From Nitrospirales bacterium (lineage in GTDB: Bacteria; Nitrospirota; Nitrospiria; Nitrospirales; UBA8639), in assembly GCA_965203295.1 (NCBI GenBank), contig CBDBCZ010000018.1, positions 928,001 to 992,000 of the forward strand: a stretch of 64,000 nucleotides of DNA, written 5' to 3'. Numbering within the stretch: position 1 is the stretch's first letter; the number at the start of each line of letters is the position of its first letter. The translations under genes and the position numbers were made by a program. The notes below the pieces were generated by a model, which saw only the letters and a program-made list of their open reading frames with translations, was not told the DNA's origin and made no database searches. Below, in pieces: positions 53,101-64,000 of the stretch.

Positions 53101-55020
53101 AATTTTATGATACACTCCCCAAAATAGCTTTTATAATTAGTATAGCTCTCTCTAGACAATGAATACTTCATACCATAACTGCAATACGTATTAGATAATG
53201 CATACTGTTACTAGTATGTTAACATACCTTCTTTGTCTTCAATCACAACTCGAATTGTGGGAATTGCAAATGTATTGGGGGCTGCAGCATTCAGTACAGC
53301 AACTGCAGCAGCAAATCTTCAGGTAGTTCCAATGCTATTCTGTCAACTCGAATGAGGGTCTGAATGCTGGCTGGTACAGTAGCATCACCTATTGTAACAC
53401 TCCTAGAACCAGTTGGAACGATGAAGTCATCATTGGGACCCTCAACTGCGGTGGATATAGGTTGGAGGATTTAGTTACTGGATCCATCATATACATGCCT
53501 TCACAGTAGTTTGTGTAGTCTGAAATTGCTCATTAAGAAAGAAGGAAAGTAGCTTACGAACGAAGCCAAACAGACTATGTGCGAAATCATGTAGAGGGAA
53601 GCAGAGGAAGACTGGGAGGAAAATATATAATTACTTCCTCTGCCTACCTCTATGTGGTTTCACTGCCCACTCATTATCCCACCAAATAGGTGTACTCTTA
53701 GCTATCCTCCTACCTTATAAGGATTGTAACCCATATATCCCCTTACTGCTTCACTGCCCGTTTTAGAAGAGCAACCAAGTACCTTATTAGTTACTTTGAT
53801 CCACATCCTTTCTTCATAGCGTACATCCTTAATAAACCTAACCTACTTCCCCTCTCTGTTACTGCTCTTTGTAAAACCTTGCCTATAGCAAAGGTTTTGC
53901 AAATTCCCATGGTGAGCTTCTTTCTGCATACACTTGATACACTATTAATAGCTGCTTATACATGTACATGCGAATGGTGGACAGACATAATTGGTGTTAC
54001 TGCTTCCTACATGTGGAATTGCTGTGCATTGTTGCATTGGCCAGCTCAATCAGCCCTGCATACATCCCATGCTGAACAGCCATGAGTTGTTGGATGACTG
54101 TACATTCACTCACTTGCTGTTCCTTCTGTTATTGTGATAATGAAACGTAATTCTCCTCTAGTATCCTGCTGCAAAAATTCTTCGAAAAGTGCTCCTTTAA
54201 TAAACCCAACTTCCAGTATAGTAACATCACCACGCTCTTCAACTGAAATGTCAGGCCCACCAAACCATCCAAACACTGCCATGACAGAGACATACAAGTG
54301 AGAGTGCATCGTATAGTGTGCTAAATAGCAAGCCAGTGTAATCATAAGGTGGCAAACAGAGGGTGGGTACATGTATAAATATTTTGATTCTGTTCTGAAT
54401 TTTTCCATGTAGGGAGGGTCTGGGGCTACTTTTAAAATTCAGCAGGTGTCACTAAACTATAACTACTTTGAGTTCAGAGAAAACACAAGCACCCAAATGG
54501 TAGCTACATGTGTGGTTTTAGACCCCCCACCCCCCTTCCAAAACAAAAAGCAGGCTGGGTGGATTAGTATTCTGCTTCGAATGTATTCCAAGAAATCTAC
54601 TAATGTAATGTTGCCACATTTCAAGGCTCTGCGTCTGGGCTGCACTAGTCATGTATGCATGTGCACTGCTTCGTCCATGATCACATGCACGCAGGGTCTC
54701 ATCCCACCCACCCACCCTCCCCCCCCCCCCCCCCCCCCCGCTTATTGGGAGCTGTCTCCTCCCATCATTAGATTATATTGCAAAGTGTAGCTACAAAAGC
54801 TGCTCCATCATCCAGTCATACCTGCATGTTTTAGTGCTAGTTTATCCAAATATATAATGGTATCCAATCGTTCGCTACTTACAAATAAAGGTTGCCTTAA
54901 TTTTTTACGTGATTGCACTGAAATAACTTCACATAACTAATCACTATTTCACCCACTGAGGACCATTATGTCGATTTATGTGGTAATCAGTATAAGATAT
55001 TTAGCAGTGTGACACTGGCT

Positions 55021-57437
55021 ATATCATGGAGTACGGTAGTACTCCATATGTAGGGATGGCACGGGAAAAAAATGGCGGCCCTATAGAACGCGTACAAAAT
55101 CATACACTCAGAACTCGGCTCTGATTATAGTCAAAGGCTTTTATGAGCCATACCATGACATCTCGAGCGTTTCCTTCAGCAACAAGGCTGTTAGCGGTGC
55201 TAGAAAGCTTCGCTGGAGTACCAGACCGGCAAGTCGCTACACTCGGGGGGCGGGGCGTAATGGTACATCTTCTTCTTTGTTTCTTTCTTCAGCCAGGCTA
55301 GCACAATAATGGCAGAAGCTATCACAATGATTCAAGCGCGAACAAGCTAGATATTCCCCGGGGTATTGCACTCGTAGCATAACGTTTTCAAAGAAACCGA
55401 ACAGGTTCAGCAGTGATTCACGAGTACTCTCGAGGTAACGCTTGTCGTTTTACGCCATTTAATGACTACTGTTCTGTTCCGTTCGGTTTCGGAATTTAGT
55501 AACCGCCCCTTTCGCGTGTTGTTTATTTAACGCCTACCTTTGATCGTGCCAGCTGTCCGGGCCTGAGCTGCATCTCCTGGTTCATCACTTTGTAAGTCAC
55601 CCGAAAATTTAGCTACAATACACTTACTCACATGCCTGATAGTATTATTTTAGTAGTGGGGTAGCTAGCTACTGAAGTAAGGGGGTGTCCAAAGGGTGCA
55701 TGGAATTGTCCGGACATACACAAGGAAACAGTAGCTCACAATACATAACAAGGGCAGACAGAAAGGCCCACCGAACGAAATAAATTTGCTGTTAAATACG
55801 AGCACAGGCAGATAAGCCTTGGTGTCCGAACAACCCCTACTGTCCGGACACCCCCTCACTTACTCTACTGGAGGAGGCAGGCAGCTATTTGTCTTTGTGA
55901 CATTAGAAACTGCAATACATATCATTGTCCTTGGTGATAATTTGCAGTTCAACATCCTGGAGTACGGTACTACTCCATATGTAGGGATGGCCCTGGCCTC
56001 CCCATTAAAATGACATGTTTATAGTACTCTGCTGTAGGTGTAGTCTAGGACTAATATGAAGCCTATGTACCACTTATTTTGGAGCGTTGTCGTCACTAAC
56101 CAGGCTGTTAGCACAGCTAAAGAACATCTTTGAAGTACCAAAGCAGCAAGTGGTTAAAACCGCCGAATGGTCTATCTTCATCTTATCAGATAATCCTTAA
56201 TTCAGTCAAACTAGCACAATAATGAGTGAAGCGATAAAAAGATTCCAATACGGGAATAGTGTTGACCCTGACAAGAAATAGGCAGCCTCACGTGCCAGTT
56301 ACATAGCTGACCTTGACAAGAGACCTCCCCCCCCGTGCACATGCAGGCGAAAGCCTTCCTAATGCTGACTAGAGTACAAATCGAAACCCATACTACACAC
56401 ATCCTCAAACACATTCCATTCCAATACCATCTACTGCACACATTTACACATACACATTTGTTACCACTTCCCAAAAAAAACGCCCAAAACAAGTTACAGA
56501 AAAAGCACTTTGCCAAAAAGTGCAAAAACAAGTAATGTAGGGATGGACTTTCACCAAAAAACAGTTCCCCAAAAACCAATGAAACAAGCAACAATGCACA
56601 TCGCAATGCGTGCACAAACAATCCACACATCACAGCGCAATGCGTAGCTACCATCCCTACATCTTTCCAACCACACCCACCACAATCCGTACCTTGCCCC
56701 CATACTGAACTGCACACCCAATACTTCCTTCAACACACACAACCATCCACAATCATCACTATCATATATATACCACCCTTACATCCTTATCCACAATCAT
56801 TACATAGCTACATCATAAAACACAGCACCCCACACTACTGTAACAGCCAACCCAATCCTTCAACAGGAACGCTAGCTACTTCCATCAAAATTCACTTCGC
56901 TCCACGAATCCCACATTCACAAGCACAAACCAAGCAGAGCAATTTCTCACATCAACCACCATACAACACACTCAACAAAGTTGATCTATACTTTACCAAA
57001 CACACCCACATAGACTTCCCCTATAAAGAACCTGCACACACAAACACTCACAAAACTTCATCACACTCAACAACCAAACACAACCAAAGTCCCTCTACAA
57101 ACATGACTCCACCCTCAATGACTCACTAGTCCAACATGGACACCATGAACACATTCAGCTACCCTCCACAACCTCCAACACACTCAGTCATTAGCAATAC
57201 ACACACACCAAATTACACTACAACTATTCACATCTCACATATATATATATACGCGATTGTGGTGGGTGTGGTTGGAAAGATGTAGGGATGGTAGCTACGC
57301 ATTGCGCTGTGATGTGTGGATTGTTTGTGCACGCATTGCGATGTGCATTGTTGCTTGTTTCATTGGTTTTTGGGGAACTGTTTTTTGGTGAAAGTCCATC
57401 CCTATACATTACTTGTTTTTGCACTTTTTGGCAAAGT
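55021..57437. mobile_element. Unclassified ~2.4-kb element of the same family, with two head modules and a terminal inverted repeat
   Basis: Head motif at 55021 and ~55958. ~56507-56687 is inverted at ~57255-57437. A+C-rich spacer between the arms. Confidence 0.6.
55676..55860. mobile_element. Small MITE
   Basis: Inverted ends AGTAAGGGGGTGTCC / GGACACCCCCTCACT. Confidence 0.5.
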
Positions 57438-58756
57438 ATAATATAGTGACACTAACAGTAGAGTGCATTACATTACTGTACATGCATGCAACCGTCAGCA
57501 ACTTGCCAATGCAAGGTTGACAGAATTGGTCCGCAGATGTCTGCCTGTAAAACAGTCCATCAGATTGCACGCAACATTCCTCAATAAAACTAGGATCAGA
57601 GCTTTCACATCCCGTTGCAGTGGTAAGTGAGGATGCAGTGAAGCATTGGACCTGTTGTGTACTGACTAAAAGAAAGAGAAGAATTGTGATTATATTGTTT
57701 TGCTACAAAACCCACAAAAACTTTTCTCCTTAAGGGCTGGGTGACAGTTCTCCTTCATAAATACCACTCCATGCAAAGCAGACAAACTGTACCGTTTAAA
57801 ATGTGCCAGAGTGAGCCTCACACTAGCGATGTCCAAGTCTGCCTCACTCACACAGTGAGTGTAGTCAGTAGCTGAATTAGCTTGCATGCTAACATTAACA
57901 GTACATTAACATTAACAGTACACAAGAGTCACCTTTTGTCACTAAGGCAGTGAGAAGGAAAGTTGCCAGCAAACCCACCGCACCAAGTAGCGACATCTTA
58001 CCGTCCTGCAATAATGCCCTATCAGTAGCTGGTGTTCAATTGCAAAAATGAACACACACACAGAAGAGGCAAACTAAGTTCAACTGGATGTGGAATGTTA
58101 ATATTGAGACATGCTGTTTTGTACGTGCAATGAATTCCTTATTTGTGCACAGGCATGTTGATACTCATGCATGCGGGGGCATTGTTCAGTTTATATAGGG
58201 CTAACAATAACCCAATTGAATGCTCTGAATAAACTCATCCAGCACCTGATTTTATGGTCTGAGCAAGAATGACAGAGTCATAGACATATATGGGCATACC
58301 TAAAATTTATACCTCATGACTTCTTATCAAAATGAAATTGAAATATATAATATAACATTAATGGTACAGAATAAGCCACATGAGTGTGTGGAGTATGAGA
58401 ATGGGAGTTAGGTACAAGCTGTTTTCAAGAATTTTTCTTTCTTTTTAAATTATCTCTTGCTGGATTATGACATTCAACAGATGGAAAGAACAAAGTTAGA
58501 GGTATTTTCACACATTCTATTGCTTAATATAGTGTTATTATTGCTAATGTTTGCAGTACTGAGACATCTAACAGTACAGTGCATGACAGGTAGTATGCAA
58601 TTTACAGCATGCACGTGGACACATTCTGTACAAGCCAACAATATTATGGTAGTTCAAGGTGTGGTTACTTTAGCCACATGCACATATAATAAACAGCTTC
58701 TTATGAAGTTAGTCACACTAGTAGTGCTCTAAAGCATCACAGTTTGCGAGTGTCAC

Positions 58757-63733
<4,977 letters not shown>

Positions 63734-64000
63734 CTGTCATGTGAGGAAAAGATTCAAGTACACAACTATACTGTAAAACAAAAATACTTGTGTTAAACTT
63801 AGCATGAGTTGTAGCTACACTACCAAATTATGCAGGAATCCAATTGCCATGGGAATTCGGAATGAATACACTCACTATTAATAATGTTTACAGTAATTGT
63901 AGTGGTGACAGTTGAATCCATAAGAGTGCTCTGCTTTTGTTTCAAACCTTAAAAAGGAAGCACTATACTAATTGTTTATAGTATTTGGTATCAGGGATTA

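Larger units (their letters stand above)
46499..57996 (-). pseudogene. Gene B: signal peptide + 6-Cys module + 6 Calx-beta + Cys/Arg tail, with a 25-nt frameshifting deletion in exon 4 (pseudogene, null allele, or rescued by exon skipping)
   Basis: Exons: 57933-57996 (MSLLGAVGLLATFLLTALVTK), 57507-57665 (GC donor), 54114-54275, 53228-53445 (218 nt vs 243 in paralogs, TGA at 53291-53293), 52110-52325, 51836-52048, 49597-50013, 49373-49531, 49078-49308, 48059-48196, 47790-47996, 47585-47725, 47214-47414, terminal 46499-46611 (..RRFRRGRLCP*). The other exons appear open. Confidence 0.75.

Overview
This is eukaryotic, AT-rich, intron-containing DNA. The short introns, Calx-beta-rich secreted proteins and MITE types suggest a marine invertebrate, most likely a demosponge; that assignment is inference only. 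The window is a head-to-tail array of five paralogous multi-exon genes on the minus strand, labelled A to E in transcription order: A (>64000-58757, 3' part only), B (57996-46499, frameshifted), C (44333-30032), D (26660-14139) and E (11196-~576, probably 3'-truncated). I rebuilt the exons by hand from splice sites. Complete members encode a ~1000-aa secreted protein: signal peptide, a 6-Cys N-terminal module with follistatin-N/TB-like Cys spacing, 5-7 Calx-beta-like domains, 0-2 sushi/CCP domains, and a 4-Cys Arg-rich C-terminal peptide. I saw no transmembrane segment. Every intron is phase 1. Domain number varies between paralogs, exons are mosaics of each other, and pseudo-exons and relic terminal exons are present, so this looks like a rapidly diversifying extracellular recognition or adhesion locus. 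Introns hold many non-autonomous transposons (piggyBac-like, HINE/DINE-1-like, MITEs, a LINE 3' end, fold-back elements) and a set of unrelated hairpins that share a GNA mini-loop.
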